This document shows, one piece after another, positions 26,935-37,032 of a stretch of 64,000 nucleotides of DNA. The position numbers were made by a program, and so were the translations under genes. The stretch's first letter is position 1, and every line of letters begins with the position of its first letter. Below the pieces are notes generated by a model, which was not told the DNA's origin, did not search any database, and saw only the letters and a program-made list of their open reading frames with translations. The stretch is from a virus (Duplodnaviria; Caudoviricetes), in the IMG/VR virus record IMGVR_UViG_3300023218_000003, positions 1 through 64,000 of that record. One strand, written 5' to 3'.

Positions 26935-28500
26935 ATGGACGACGACGAAATCGAAGAATTCTACGGCAGCGCGTTTCGCACACTTGTCGAGAAAGCGCGC
27001 AGAAACTATCTTGCGTTCTACTCGCTGTTCGCGTTGCGACCCGACAACCCGAAGATCGTCGGCGACTTTCAAGACGTCATCTGCAACAAAGTTCAGCGCG
27101 TGCTTGAACACGTCGACAGCAACAGACAGACGACGTCAGCGCCGCCGCAGCACGGCAAGTCTGACGCGATCGTGAAGACAGCAGTGCCGTGGGCGATGGG
27201 TCGATTCCCCGGCATTCAGATCGGTCTTGCTGCATGGGACTTCCCGCTTGTCGAAGAACTGTCGACAGAAGCGAAGTCGATCGCAATGCATCCGTGGTAT
27301 CGTCTCGTTTTCCCTGATCTTGAAATAGAACAGAACATCAATCGAATCGTGAACTGGAGCGTCACGAACGGCAGTCGAATGCGTTCAGTGTCGCGCGGTC
27401 GATCGCTTGTCGGTCGACGTGTCGACTGGTTCATCGGCGATGACTTGTATCCGAATCGTGAAGCAGTCGAACGAAAGACGATGCGTGCGAAAGTCAGAAA
27501 ATGGTTCTTGTCCGACTGTCTTCAGCGACTGTCGCCGAACGCGATCGTCTGGCTTCTAGGCACGCGCTGGCATCCCGAAGACTTGTGCGGCTATCTGCAC
27601 AGCGACGAATATGTGAAAGACGTCGAAGCGTCAGGTGAAGTCGCTGAACTGTATGAACACTTGAACTTCCCTGCGCTGTGCGACGATGAAGAAAACGATC
27701 CGCTTGGCAGAGAATTCGGCGAAGCGCTGTGTCCGATGATGGGACGTGACGAAAGCTTTTTGAAGGGCAAGCGCGCGTCGATGCCGTCATACGAATGGAA
27801 CAGCTTGTTTCAAGGTCGACCGCAGTCGCAGTCTGCTGATCAAGTCGATCTGTCACGTCTGAACTACATCGACGCTGATGAAGTGCCCGTTACTGGGCTG
27901 ACGTGGGCGCGCGGCTGGGACATAGCGACAACAGAAAAGTCGATGAACGATCCGTCAGCAGGCGCGAAGTGCGCATGGCACGCAGAGTCGAAATCGTTCT
28001 ACATCTTCGACATGTTCAACAAGCGTCTTGCGTGGCCGAAGCTGAAGCGTCAGATCATTCGCATCGCGCTTCGTGATCGCGGCATCTGCGCTGACGATCT
28101 TGATGAAGATCAGCTTGATCGACTGCGTCACGTCGCGCGCATCAAGCCCGAAGACATGCTGACTGAAGATGAAGCATTCGAAGACAACGCTGTGCTTCAG
28201 ATCGGTGTCGAGGGCGTCAGCGGCTTCGCAATCGGCTTCAGCGAAGTGCGCGACTGTCTGCGCGGCTTCTGTCGCGTGCGCAAGAAGAACCCGCCGAAGA
28301 ACATCGACAAGCTGACGCGTGCGCTGCCGTGGATGAACTGGATCGACGACGGTCGCGTCTACATCGTGCGCGGCGCATGGAACAAAGATTTCGTCGATCA
28401 GCTTCAGTCGTTCCCTGACGGCGATCACGATGACATGGTCGACGCCGTTTCGATCGCGCGTGAAATGCTGACGAAGAAAGCGATCCCGAAACACGCGTGA
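26935..28500 (+). CDS. Terminase large subunit
   Basis: SAPPQHGKS Walker A, FIGDDL Walker B, GTRWHPEDL, GDHDDMVDA nuclease motif. Confidence 0.92.
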   Translation: MDDDEIEEFYGSAFRTLVEKARRNYLAFYSLFALRPDNPKIVGDFQDVICNKVQRVLEHVDSNRQTTSAPPQHGKSDAIVKTAVPWAMGRFPGIQIGLAAWDFPLVEELSTEAKSIAMHPWYRLVFPDLEIEQNINRIVNWSVTNGSRMRSVSRGRSLVGRRVDWFIGDDLYPNREAVERKTMRAKVRKWFLSDCLQRLSPNAIVWLLGTRWHPEDLCGYLHSDEYVKDVEASGEVAELYEHLNFPALCDDEENDPLGREFGEALCPMMGRDESFLKGKRASMPSYEWNSLFQGRPQSQSADQVDLSRLNYIDADEVPVTGLTWARGWDIATTEKSMNDPSAGAKCAWHAESKSFYIFDMFNKRLAWPKLKRQIIRIALRDRGICADDLDEDQLDRLRHVARIKPEDMLTEDEAFEDNAVLQIGVEGVSGFAIGFSEVRDCLRGFCRVRKKNPPKNIDKLTRALPWMNWIDDGRVYIVRGAWNKDFVDQLQSFPDGDHDDMVDAVSIAREMLTKKAIPKHA

Positions 28501-28518
28501 TCGCTTGTTCGTTTGTTC

Positions 28519-28542
28519 GTCAAATCGTGCGCACGATTTGAC
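28519..28542. promoter_or_regulatory. Perfect 24-bp palindrome GTCAAATCGTGCGCACGATTTGAC
   Basis: Self-complementary; related GTCAAA-N12-TTTAAC inverted repeat at 54759-54796. Confidence 0.7.
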
Positions 28543-28658
28543 ATACCATTTTTATTTGACAACATGGGTTGAAGCCCTTGCGCATGAACAAAAATCTGCG
28601 ATTATCTAAACACAGCGCGAGAACAGCGCCGAACAAAAACATCAAACCACATCACATC

Positions 28659-29162
28659 ATGAAAAAAGTCAAAGTCATCAACAGCATCAAAGATCGCATC
28701 GAATTCAACGGCATGAAGTTCAATCTGTATGCGATGCCGACTGGACCGCAGACTTCGAATCGCGTTGACGCGAAGACGAATCGTGCGAAGACTCTGAAGT
28801 CGTCGATCGACAAGATCACTGATGCGATGACGAATGTCGCTGCTGCGTTCGACGCGTCAGGCATGACGCTGAAAGAAGCGACTGAAGCGATGCAGCGATT
28901 CAAGCAGAACCCGATCGTGAAAGTCGAACACAAGACGAAAGACTTCGGCTTCAAAGATTTGAAGACAGACACGCGTCGCGGCGCTACAGTCAAACAGCAG
29001 AAGCGCGAACACATCGGTCGCTACTGGATCAACAGTCACATGTCGACAGCAGCACACTGCGTCGAATGGGGCGTGATCGTGACGCCCGAAGTCGAAGCGA
29101 TCATCGACACGCAGTCACGCACATCAGCAGTCATCGACTTCGACAAGATTCTGAAATCATGA
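28659..29162 (+). CDS. Hypothetical protein
   Basis: A/C-rich leader, promoter-like element at 28578. Confidence 0.55.
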   Translation: MKKVKVINSIKDRIEFNGMKFNLYAMPTGPQTSNRVDAKTNRAKTLKSSIDKITDAMTNVAAAFDASGMTLKEATEAMQRFKQNPIVKVEHKTKDFGFKDLKTDTRRGATVKQQKREHIGRYWINSHMSTAAHCVEWGVIVTPEVEAIIDTQSRTSAVIDFDKILKS

Positions 29163-29449
29163 ACATGACAAAAGCAAAAGCAATCAAGCCGATCAATCGC
29201 AACATCATCGTCAAGATGGATGATCGGGAAACACAATCAGCGGGCGGCATTCATCTGCCCGAACAGTCGCACGTGACGAACGTGTGGGGTGAAGTCGTCG
29301 CCGTCAGCGATGAATGCGAAGACTTCGAAGTCGGCGATCGTGCGTTCGTCTCGCTTCACGTCGGCACGCACATGAAGATCGATCGTCATCAAGACGTGAT
29401 CATCGTCGACGAACGAAAAGTTCATCTGCGCGAAGCTGCGGCGCAATAA
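29159..29449 (+). CDS. groES: GroES/Cpn10 co-chaperonin
   Basis: IKPINRNIIVK..SAGGIHLP..GEVVAV..VGDR. Confidence 0.8.
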   Translation: MNMTKAKAIKPINRNIIVKMDDRETQSAGGIHLPEQSHVTNVWGEVVAVSDECEDFEVGDRAFVSLHVGTHMKIDRHQDVIIVDERKVHLREAAAQ

Positions 29450-29481
29450 CAGCAGCACAACAACAGAACAAAGAAAACGAC

Positions 29482-30387
29482 ATGGCTGAAAAAGCAGAAA
29501 TCGAAGAAGAAATCGGGAAGCGCTTCGCTGATCTTCCCGATCACATGCAGCAAGACGAAGACGTTCCCGCGTTTCTTCGCAATCGCGGCAAGGGACTCGG
29601 CAAGGGTCTTGGCGAAATCATGAACGACGATCAGAGTCGCGCAGCGCGCGCAGCAGGCATCGACATCACAGCGTCAGCGAATCATAGCAAGACGACGACG
29701 ATGCGCGGCAAGTTCACTGAAGCGTGTCCTGCGTGCAACGAAGTTCACGATGAAGTGACGCTGATCGTCGGCGACGACGGCTTCAGTCGCTACAAGTGCC
29801 CTGTGAATCACGCGATCGTCATCAACACGCCTGACGGTCTTGTCTGCGAATCGAATGCGATCGAAGAAGACGACGTCGTCGTGAAGATGCCTGACGCTGG
29901 CAATCGTCATCTGTCTGCACAGATCGCGAAGCGTGGCGACACTGAACCGATCACTGTCGAAGAAGCTGTGCGTGCGCCGATCAAATCGTCATACAGTCAG
30001 GGCACGTTCAACATCATCAAGACTGCGAAAGGCAGACTGACGAAGTGCGAAGAACGCAAAGACGAACTGCGCAAGCTGATCGAAGAATCGCAGAACGAAC
30101 TTGCGTCGCTGACGACTGAAAGTCGACTGCTGCGCGACACGATCGAACGCTTCGAACAGTCGTCTGAAGACGATCTTGATTTCGAAGACGACGATGAAGA
30201 TGACGGCAAGCCCGTCGTGCGTCGTCGCAGAACGAAGCGCAAGTCAGCGCCGAAGAAGAAGCAAGCGCGCAGTTCTGACGGCACGTTCGCGAAGAAGACA
30301 GCGCCGACGAAGTTTCTGAAAGAAGAAGACGACGAAGGCGAAGATGACGATCAGCGTCTGCCTGTCGGATACGACGAAGAAATGTGA
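29482..30387 (+). CDS. Hypothetical protein with Zn-ribbon and coiled coil
   Basis: CPAC..CP, charged C-terminus. Confidence 0.55.
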   Translation: MAEKAEIEEEIGKRFADLPDHMQQDEDVPAFLRNRGKGLGKGLGEIMNDDQSRAARAAGIDITASANHSKTTTMRGKFTEACPACNEVHDEVTLIVGDDGFSRYKCPVNHAIVINTPDGLVCESNAIEEDDVVVKMPDAGNRHLSAQIAKRGDTEPITVEEAVRAPIKSSYSQGTFNIIKTAKGRLTKCEERKDELRKLIEESQNELASLTTESRLLRDTIERFEQSSEDDLDFEDDDEDDGKPVVRRRRTKRKSAPKKKQARSSDGTFAKKTAPTKFLKEEDDEGEDDDQRLPVGYDEEM

Positions 30388-30620
30388 TGCTGATCAACGT
30401 CTGCATCTTGATCGCGGCAGGCGTCGCCCACATGATCGTGGGCGCGCTTGTCGTTCGATCGTATCTGAACAGCGCAGTGAAGCTTCACGCACGCGCTGAA
30501 CGTCTGCTGATGCTCGGCAGCGGCATCTACGGCTGGCTTCTGCTTCGCAAGTTCAGAGAAGCGAAGCGACGTCGTTTGAAAAAAGTTTCAAACGCAATCG
30601 CTGCTGGACAGAAGCGCTGA
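30387..30620 (+). CDS. Small membrane protein
   Basis: Two hydrophobic stretches, basic tail. Confidence 0.5.
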   Translation: MLINVCILIAAGVAHMIVGALVVRSYLNSAVKLHARAERLLMLGSGIYGWLLLRKFREAKRRRLKKVSNAIAAGQKR

Positions 30621-30629
30621 AACGTGGCA
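30604..30629 (+). promoter_or_regulatory. Late promoter-like motif CTGGACA-N7/8-GAWWCG-NNGCA (representative of 11)
   Basis: Copies at 16654, 17651, 30604, 31984, 35216, 36995, 37635, 43990, 45695, 54847, 60550, each upstream of a gene start. Confidence 0.75.
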
Positions 30630-30645
30630 CGACTGATTCGTGCCC

Positions 30646-31998
30646 ATGAAGCTTCTGACCTTAGATACACGATCACCGCTTCGCGGTCGCGCTGCACTTC
30701 AAGCTGTTCAGAAAGAACGTCAGTTCATCGAACAGCGTGTTGGCGTGCCGATTCACAAGTTCACTGACTATCGATCGTTCTTGCTTGCTGGCAGCAAGAA
30801 CGTGTGGGCTTCATTTCGCGCGTGTCACTTGACGGCGAACATCTTGCTGTCGACTAAATTCAAAGTCGTGCGCGAAGGCGAAGACGAAGCGCTGACGGGA
30901 ACGCCCGTGAACGGGCTGATGTCGATGCCGAATCGATTCGATTCGTGGGAAGAACTTCTGTATCTGTGGGTCTTTCACTTGAAGCTGACGGGCAACGCAT
31001 ACTGGCTGAAAGACGAACTTGATGGCGCTGATCGACCGCGCGCGATCTATCCGCTTCTGCCGCATCTTGTGACAGTGATCCCGCATCGCACTGACAAGAT
31101 CGCGAAGTATCTATACAAGATCAACGGCGAAGAACTTGAATTCGCGCCCGAAGAAATCATTCACTTCAAGCGACCGCACCCGATGAACTTGCACTTCGGC
31201 ATGGGTGACGTCGAACCGTCGCAGACGCTGTTCAACAATTTCATCAATCGCGGCAGCTACGAAGAAGCGTTCTTGAAGCACGGCGCTATGCCGTCAGGCA
31301 TCATGACATACAAGGGCAGCGAAGAAACGCCCGCGACGCTTGACGACATGGCTGAAGAAGAATGGGGCAAGCTGAAAGACTGGTGGCAAGACGAATACGG
31401 CGGGCGCAAGAACGCGGGCAAGACTGCGTTCGTCACTGGCGAATGGGAATACACGCGACTTGGTCTGACACAGCAAGAAATGTCGTCGATCGAAAACGAG
31501 AAGTGGAGCATCGAACAAATCTTCATCAATCACGGTGTCCCGCTTTCGATCGCAGGCGTTCAGAAAGCTGCGAACTACGCGACAGCGAGACAAGACGAAA
31601 TCAACTTCAGACGATTCGAAATCGTGCCGCTTCTCGACTTGCTTGTCGGCAAGCTGAACGGGTCGGGCGAATTCGTGAAGCTGTTCGATGAACGTCAGCG
31701 CATCGAATACGAACTGTCGGGTCTGATCGACGTCGAACAGGTCTGGAAAGATCACGAAGGTCTGATCAAACACGGCGGCATGACGATGAACGAAATCAGG
31801 GAAAAGATGGGCTTGCAGCCTGTCGACGATCCGTCGCTTGATCAGTTCTTCGTCGATCAGAATCGTGTGCCGCTTGACATGGCTGGCACGACGCCGCCTG
31901 ATGAACTAGGTCTGCGAATGCTTCAAGCGGGATTGCCCGTTGCGCCCGACTACGCGACGCACGATCATTCACGTCACATCGATCTTGACGACGATTGA
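30646..31998 (+). CDS. Portal protein (HK97-like)
   Basis: LTGNAYW, EIIHFK, GAMPSGI, NAGK, GGMTMNEIREKMGL. Confidence 0.9.
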   Translation: MKLLTLDTRSPLRGRAALQAVQKERQFIEQRVGVPIHKFTDYRSFLLAGSKNVWASFRACHLTANILLSTKFKVVREGEDEALTGTPVNGLMSMPNRFDSWEELLYLWVFHLKLTGNAYWLKDELDGADRPRAIYPLLPHLVTVIPHRTDKIAKYLYKINGEELEFAPEEIIHFKRPHPMNLHFGMGDVEPSQTLFNNFINRGSYEEAFLKHGAMPSGIMTYKGSEETPATLDDMAEEEWGKLKDWWQDEYGGRKNAGKTAFVTGEWEYTRLGLTQQEMSSIENEKWSIEQIFINHGVPLSIAGVQKAANYATARQDEINFRRFEIVPLLDLLVGKLNGSGEFVKLFDERQRIEYELSGLIDVEQVWKDHEGLIKHGGMTMNEIREKMGLQPVDDPSLDQFFVDQNRVPLDMAGTTPPDELGLRMLQAGLPVAPDYATHDHSRHIDLDDD

Positions 31999-32021
31999 TA
32001 AACGCTGCATTTCAGACTATC

Positions 32022-32765
32022 ATGTCAGACGCGCAACAATCAGAAACTAAAGTGACGACGCAGCAGCTAGGGAAACGCGTCGGCGAACTTGAAGTCGACG
32101 TCAAGAATCTGACGAAGTCAGTCGGTGATCTTTCGACTGTTGCAGCATCGACACAGCAACAAGTGAACATGCTGACGCAAGGTCAGACTGCGCAAAGCGA
32201 AAAACTTGATCGTCTTCTTGCACGTACTGCTGGCGGCGAAGCGACGAAGGGAATGATCCCAGTGTCGTATGTCACATGGGGAATCGGCGCGTTTCTGACG
32301 CTTGCTGGACTCGGTCTTTCGATCACGACGATCGGCGGCGCAGTCGTCTTGTTCGCAGTGAACAGCGGCGACAAGCAGTCATCTGCGAAGATCGAATCGA
32401 TCAGCAAGCTTGAACGCGCACACATCGATCACGTGAATGAAACGATCGATCTGCGCGTCGCTACTGTCGAAGACGAAATCAACGAGAACACAGCGAACGT
32501 CGAACGCATCGATCACGAATACCTGCCGACGACACAGTTCGATCGTTTCATCGATACTGAATTCTTGCCGCTTCGTGATCGAATGACAGAAGCAGAAGTG
32601 AAAGAAGCACGCAACGACGAACGCATTCAGAAGACGTGGGAAGAAATCGTCGATCACGAAGACGAACTTGATCATCCGATTCGTCAGACTTACGAACTTG
32701 AAGGTCTGAAGAAGCTGCTTGATGAACAGCGCAGTCACGATCACGAAAGCGCTGGAAACGAATAG
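32022..32765 (+). CDS. Membrane protein with coiled coils
   Basis: Central hydrophobic segment flanked by heptad-rich regions. Confidence 0.55.
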   Translation: MSDAQQSETKVTTQQLGKRVGELEVDVKNLTKSVGDLSTVAASTQQQVNMLTQGQTAQSEKLDRLLARTAGGEATKGMIPVSYVTWGIGAFLTLAGLGLSITTIGGAVVLFAVNSGDKQSSAKIESISKLERAHIDHVNETIDLRVATVEDEINENTANVERIDHEYLPTTQFDRFIDTEFLPLRDRMTEAEVKEARNDERIQKTWEEIVDHEDELDHPIRQTYELEGLKKLLDEQRSHDHESAGNE

Positions 32766-32787
32766 CGTTTCATCGTAGCGTCTGCAC

Positions 32788-34896
32788 ATGGCGCGCGTGC
32801 CTTCATACTATCCGCCCGAAGGCTGGAACAGCGAGAACTTCAGATCAGAAGCAGGTCTTCGTCTGCTTCGCGATCTGACGTTAGCACAGCAACGCTGGAA
32901 GCAGCGCGGCATTCGTCGCTACAAGCGCATCTGGCAAAAGCTGTTCGAAGACATGCTTGATCGCATCGTGCGTGACGCGATGAACGCGCATCGTCGCGAC
33001 GGCGGCAAAGATGCGAAAGCGACAGTGAACGTCAACCCGATGGGTGACACTGCATTGTGGGGGCAAGCAATCGATCGCGCGCTTCGTGAACTAGGCATCG
33101 AAGCGACTGTCGCTGTGACGCCTGTTGTCGAAGACGTCACAACAGGACTGCAAGACGAAGTCACATCTATGTTCGACGGTCGACGCCCGTCGAAGACTGA
33201 AATCAGACGACTGAAGCCGAAGTCTGAATACATCGCGCAGCAAGTCACGAACATCACTGACACGACACGTGCGCGTCTTCAGCGCGAAATACAGCGTGCG
33301 ATCGATGATCGACTGACGATCGTCGAAACAGTGAAGCGACTGCGAAAGCGATTCCCGCAGATCGCGTCGAATCGCATCCCGACAATCGCGCGAACTGAAA
33401 TGGGGCGCGCAGCAGATCGCGCGACGATCATGACTCTGCAATCACAGAATGTCGTCACGCACATCAGCGTCGTCGGCTGTCGTGCGATCGAAAAGAATTC
33501 GCCCGTCTACAAGGGCGTGCCGACTTGCAACATTCAAGACGTGCCGATCGAAGACGCGGGTCAGCTTACGTTTCATCCGAATCACACGGGAACGATCGTG
33601 TCGTCGCGCTTTCGTGAACCGCGTGAAGACTTGCCGTCGCGCACGCCGCCACCGCAGCGACCGACGCCGTCGAATCCGACGCCCGCGCCAAGTGTCAGAC
33701 CGCCCGCGCCCGCACGAAACAAGCCGAAGCCGAAGCCGACGTCTGGCAGCGGCGTGATCGAAGAAGTCGGCGACATCGCAGAAGAACTGACTGAAGAACA
33801 GATCGCGCAGCAGAAGCAGTTCGATGTCGCGCGCAAAGTCGATGACATTCACGCATCTGTTCTTGCGAATGAATCGAAAGTCGCGAAGCGCGTGAAGAAC
33901 GCGCAGATGACGCTTCGCATGGCTGAAGACACGTTCGATCAAGTCGCAGCGAAACAGGGCGACATTCAGAAGCGTCGAATGCGCATCAATCAAGAAGCGA
34001 TGGATCGTCGACGCAACGGCGACATCGACGGATACAATCAACTGCGACAAGAACAAGCGAAGCTTCAGAACGACTTCGTCGATGAATGGAACAGCAGTCG
34101 CGAAGCAGTGCTTGCAGCGCAGCGCAAAGTCGAGACAGCACAGGCTGATCTTCACGAACTGCTATTCGAAGGTCTTGACGAAGCAGATGTCGGCGACTGG
34201 AAAGCAGTGAAGACGCCGCTGCGCACGGGCGACAAGACGCTGACGCCGATCTTTCGTGAAATGATGAACGATGCGAAAGATTTCATCGATCGCATTTCAG
34301 CGCGACACACAGTTCGCTTCAACGAAGTGAAGATCACAGCAGTCAAAGGGCGTGCATACTTTCAAGTCGACAGCACAGCGAACAGAACGACTGACTTCAC
34401 GGGCACTGTCGGAAAAGTCGCGCTGCGAAAGACAGCGGGGCCGAAGACGATGGTTCACGAACTGATGCACGCTGTCGAGTATGCGAACCCTGATCTTGTG
34501 AAGCGCAGCTTCGACTTCTTGCGCAAGCGTGCAGAACAAGCAGGCGGCGCTTCGTATCTGCGTCTGTCTTCTTTGACGGGCAAGCGCTTCGGCATGGACG
34601 AAATCGCGCTTGCTGCGAACGGCAAGCCGCTGCTGAAACTTGCTGACGAATCGAAAGCGCACTATGCGGCGAAACTGAATCGCGGCGGGTCACACATGAT
34701 CGGGAAAGAACTGCCCGACTACAACGCGCAGCGATGGCAGTCACAAGAACTGATGACGATCGGAACAGAAATGCTGTATAGTGATCCGATCGGCTTCGCG
34801 CGTAGTGATCCCGAATTCTTCAAGTTCGTGCTTGGGAACCTTCGCAATCAATACGTCGACGACGCGATCGTCACAGCAGCAAGACAAGCAGAATGA
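32788..34896 (+). CDS. MuF/SPP1 gp7-like head morphogenesis protein with C-terminal zincin metallopeptidase-like domain
   Basis: IARTE..C..HPN MuF motifs, Pro-rich linker, HELMH (34456-34470) plus downstream ELMTIG. Confidence 0.75.
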   Translation: MARVPSYYPPEGWNSENFRSEAGLRLLRDLTLAQQRWKQRGIRRYKRIWQKLFEDMLDRIVRDAMNAHRRDGGKDAKATVNVNPMGDTALWGQAIDRALRELGIEATVAVTPVVEDVTTGLQDEVTSMFDGRRPSKTEIRRLKPKSEYIAQQVTNITDTTRARLQREIQRAIDDRLTIVETVKRLRKRFPQIASNRIPTIARTEMGRAADRATIMTLQSQNVVTHISVVGCRAIEKNSPVYKGVPTCNIQDVPIEDAGQLTFHPNHTGTIVSSRFREPREDLPSRTPPPQRPTPSNPTPAPSVRPPAPARNKPKPKPTSGSGVIEEVGDIAEELTEEQIAQQKQFDVARKVDDIHASVLANESKVAKRVKNAQMTLRMAEDTFDQVAAKQGDIQKRRMRINQEAMDRRRNGDIDGYNQLRQEQAKLQNDFVDEWNSSREAVLAAQRKVETAQADLHELLFEGLDEADVGDWKAVKTPLRTGDKTLTPIFREMMNDAKDFIDRISARHTVRFNEVKITAVKGRAYFQVDSTANRTTDFTGTVGKVALRKTAGPKTMVHELMHAVEYANPDLVKRSFDFLRKRAEQAGGASYLRLSSLTGKRFGMDEIALAANGKPLLKLADESKAHYAAKLNRGGSHMIGKELPDYNAQRWQSQELMTIGTEMLYSDPIGFARSDPEFFKFVLGNLRNQYVDDAIVTAARQAE

Positions 34897-35207
34897 TCAC
34901 ACTACGAAACGACACTGAAGGCTTCATCATCACGCTTGATGACACAGACGATGATCTGTTCAAAGTCAGCGCGACTGATGAATTGAAAGATGAACTGCAA
35001 GACGATCTGTCGATGCTTGAAGAATTCATCGAACAGAAGAAGCGCACAGTCGAAGCGTTCGTCGAAGACGCAGATCAGTCGCCGTCGAACCCTACGATCG
35101 AAGATGAAGTCGCACGTCGTCTTCAGCGACACGGTTATGAAATCGTCGCGAAGACAGACGTCGTTCAGTCGATCGATGACGATGACGGCGGTGAAGTCGT
35201 CTTCTAA
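34893..35207 (+). CDS. Small acidic protein (candidate immunity partner of the MuF C-terminal domain)
   Basis: Translationally coupled (ATGA) directly downstream. Confidence 0.45.
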   Translation: MITLRNDTEGFIITLDDTDDDLFKVSATDELKDELQDDLSMLEEFIEQKKRTVEAFVEDADQSPSNPTIEDEVARRLQRHGYEIVAKTDVVQSIDDDDGGEVVF

Positions 35208-35276
35208 ACTTTTTTCTGGACACGTCTTCGAAACGTCGCACACTGAAAGCACTGCATTCAATTCTTCTGCATTCTC

Positions 35277-35762
35277 ATGAAATACGCACAAGTCGTTTAC
35301 AAAGGGGCCGATGATCGCATCGGACGATTCGGAACCGTCAAGACCGGCGACACAATCACGCTGACCGAAAGCGAATACGACTGCGTTCGCGAAGATTCGC
35401 GATACGAATTCAAGCAATGGGTCGACGCTGAAGCGCGCAACGTGAAACCCGCACAGACGGACACGGAAAACACTCGCGACGCGCGCAGCGAAGGCACGCC
35501 GTCAGAACCGTCAGAACCGTCGCGCGTCACGCAAGACGTCGAAGAAGGCATCGAAGTCGTTCGTGTCGACGAAGACGAAGACGAAGACGAAGGCGGCGAA
35601 GAAATCGAAAGCTACGACGAACTGACCGTTAAAGAACTGAACGCTGAAATCGACGCACGCAACGAACTGCTTGACGAAGAAGATCAGATCGTGCCTGACG
35701 GCAAGAAGAAAGCTGATCTGATCGCAGCGCTTGAAGCGAACGACGAAGCTGAAGGCGACTGA
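35277..35762 (+). CDS. Acidic head-associated protein with C-terminal HeH/Rho-N-like motif
   Basis: YDELTVKEL..KKADLIAAL. Confidence 0.55.
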   Translation: MKYAQVVYKGADDRIGRFGTVKTGDTITLTESEYDCVREDSRYEFKQWVDAEARNVKPAQTDTENTRDARSEGTPSEPSEPSRVTQDVEEGIEVVRVDEDEDEDEGGEEIESYDELTVKELNAEIDARNELLDEEDQIVPDGKKKADLIAALEANDEAEGD

Positions 35763-35796
35763 TCGACGTCATCTTCGTTGAAACAATTTTCAAACG

Positions 35797-36627
35797 ATGA
35801 AGCGACTGCGTGTGAAGAAAGACACTGTCGATTCGCGACGTTTGCGAGTCGGCGGCAAGCAGAAGAAGCAGAAGACTTCTTCGCACGACGTCGTTGAAGA
35901 ACAGTTCATCATCTGCGAAGCGTTCGACGGCGGGCGCTTCTACGCATTGCAGAAAGACGGCGACTTCACCCGTCTGTGTGTGCCGAACAGTGACGGCGTT
36001 CTGCTTGTCACTGACACGCCTGTCAGCACTGCTGACGTGAAAGAACAGCGTGCGCTTGAAGCGAAGCCTGTCGTGCAGCACGCGAAGCTGAAGCACTTCG
36101 AAGCTGTCGCTGAATTCGATTTGAAAGCGCAGCACGTTGAAGACGAAGCGAAGCGCATCGTCGACTTCAAAGACATCAAGCTTGACGGGCTTGCGTCGAC
36201 GTTCGCTGCTGTGACTCCCGCAGATCGCGACGGTGACACGATCGCTGACACTGCGTTCAATCGCACGATCGGTCGCTTCATGAAGAACCCTGTCATGCTG
36301 CTGGATCATCAGAACAGCGTTGACAAGATCGCGGGTTCATTCACGAAGATGCGCATTTCGCAGCGCGGTCTTGAAGTCGAAGCTGCTGTGTCGAACGCAC
36401 CCGAACTTCGCAAGATTCGCTTCTTGATCGCTGAAGGTCATCTGAAGGCATTCAGCATCGGCGGACTGTTCAAGTTCAGCGACGAAAATCCGCGACTTGT
36501 CGAAGAAGTCGAACTTTTCGAAGTCAGTCTTGTCGCAGTGCCCGCGAATCCTGACGCGCTGTTTCAAGCACGCGCAGTGACGATCGAAGACGCGAAGACT
36601 GCTTTCAAGCGAATGACTCTGAACTGA
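35797..36627 (+). CDS. HK97-type prohead protease
   Basis: DRDGD, LLDH, AFSIGG, LFEVSLVAVPANPDA. Confidence 0.9.
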   Translation: MKRLRVKKDTVDSRRLRVGGKQKKQKTSSHDVVEEQFIICEAFDGGRFYALQKDGDFTRLCVPNSDGVLLVTDTPVSTADVKEQRALEAKPVVQHAKLKHFEAVAEFDLKAQHVEDEAKRIVDFKDIKLDGLASTFAAVTPADRDGDTIADTAFNRTIGRFMKNPVMLLDHQNSVDKIAGSFTKMRISQRGLEVEAAVSNAPELRKIRFLIAEGHLKAFSIGGLFKFSDENPRLVEEVELFEVSLVAVPANPDALFQARAVTIEDAKTAFKRMTLN

Positions 36628-36640
36628 ACGACAAGAAGAA

Positions 36641-36991
36641 ATGCCACGACAAGTATCAAAGAAGAAAGCGAACGTGTCTGATGTGAAAGTCAGCACGTCG
36701 AAAGACGCGCAAGCGGCGAAGCCTGCGCAGCCGAAGAACGAAGCACGCAAAGTGAATGTCGAAGCGCACCCTGCTGCTTCTGATGAACGTCTTGCTGCGC
36801 TTGACGTGTTCGAAGCTGACACGAAGTCTGACGGCACGATCAACGGTCTGAAGCCGCACACGAAGTATCGTCTGATCGAAGTCGATGCAGATTCGAAGAT
36901 CGAAGTGATCAACCCCGCTGCGCTTGCAGGGAACAAGATTCGCAAGGGCGTGCTGATCACGAAGATCATCGAAGTCGAAGACGAAGACTGA
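36641..36991 (+). CDS. Hypothetical protein
   Basis: ORF in head module. Confidence 0.55.
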   Translation: MPRQVSKKKANVSDVKVSTSKDAQAAKPAQPKNEARKVNVEAHPAASDERLAALDVFEADTKSDGTINGLKPHTKYRLIEVDADSKIEVINPAALAGNKIRKGVLITKIIEVEDED

Positions 36992-37032
36992 TCGCTGGAC
37001 ACGCGCACTGAAACGACGCACACTGAATCATC

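Noticed and set aside
30604-30629. Sigma54 promoter reading of the late motif
   Set aside because: Spacing between GG and GC is about 20 nt, not the -24/-12 arrangement.
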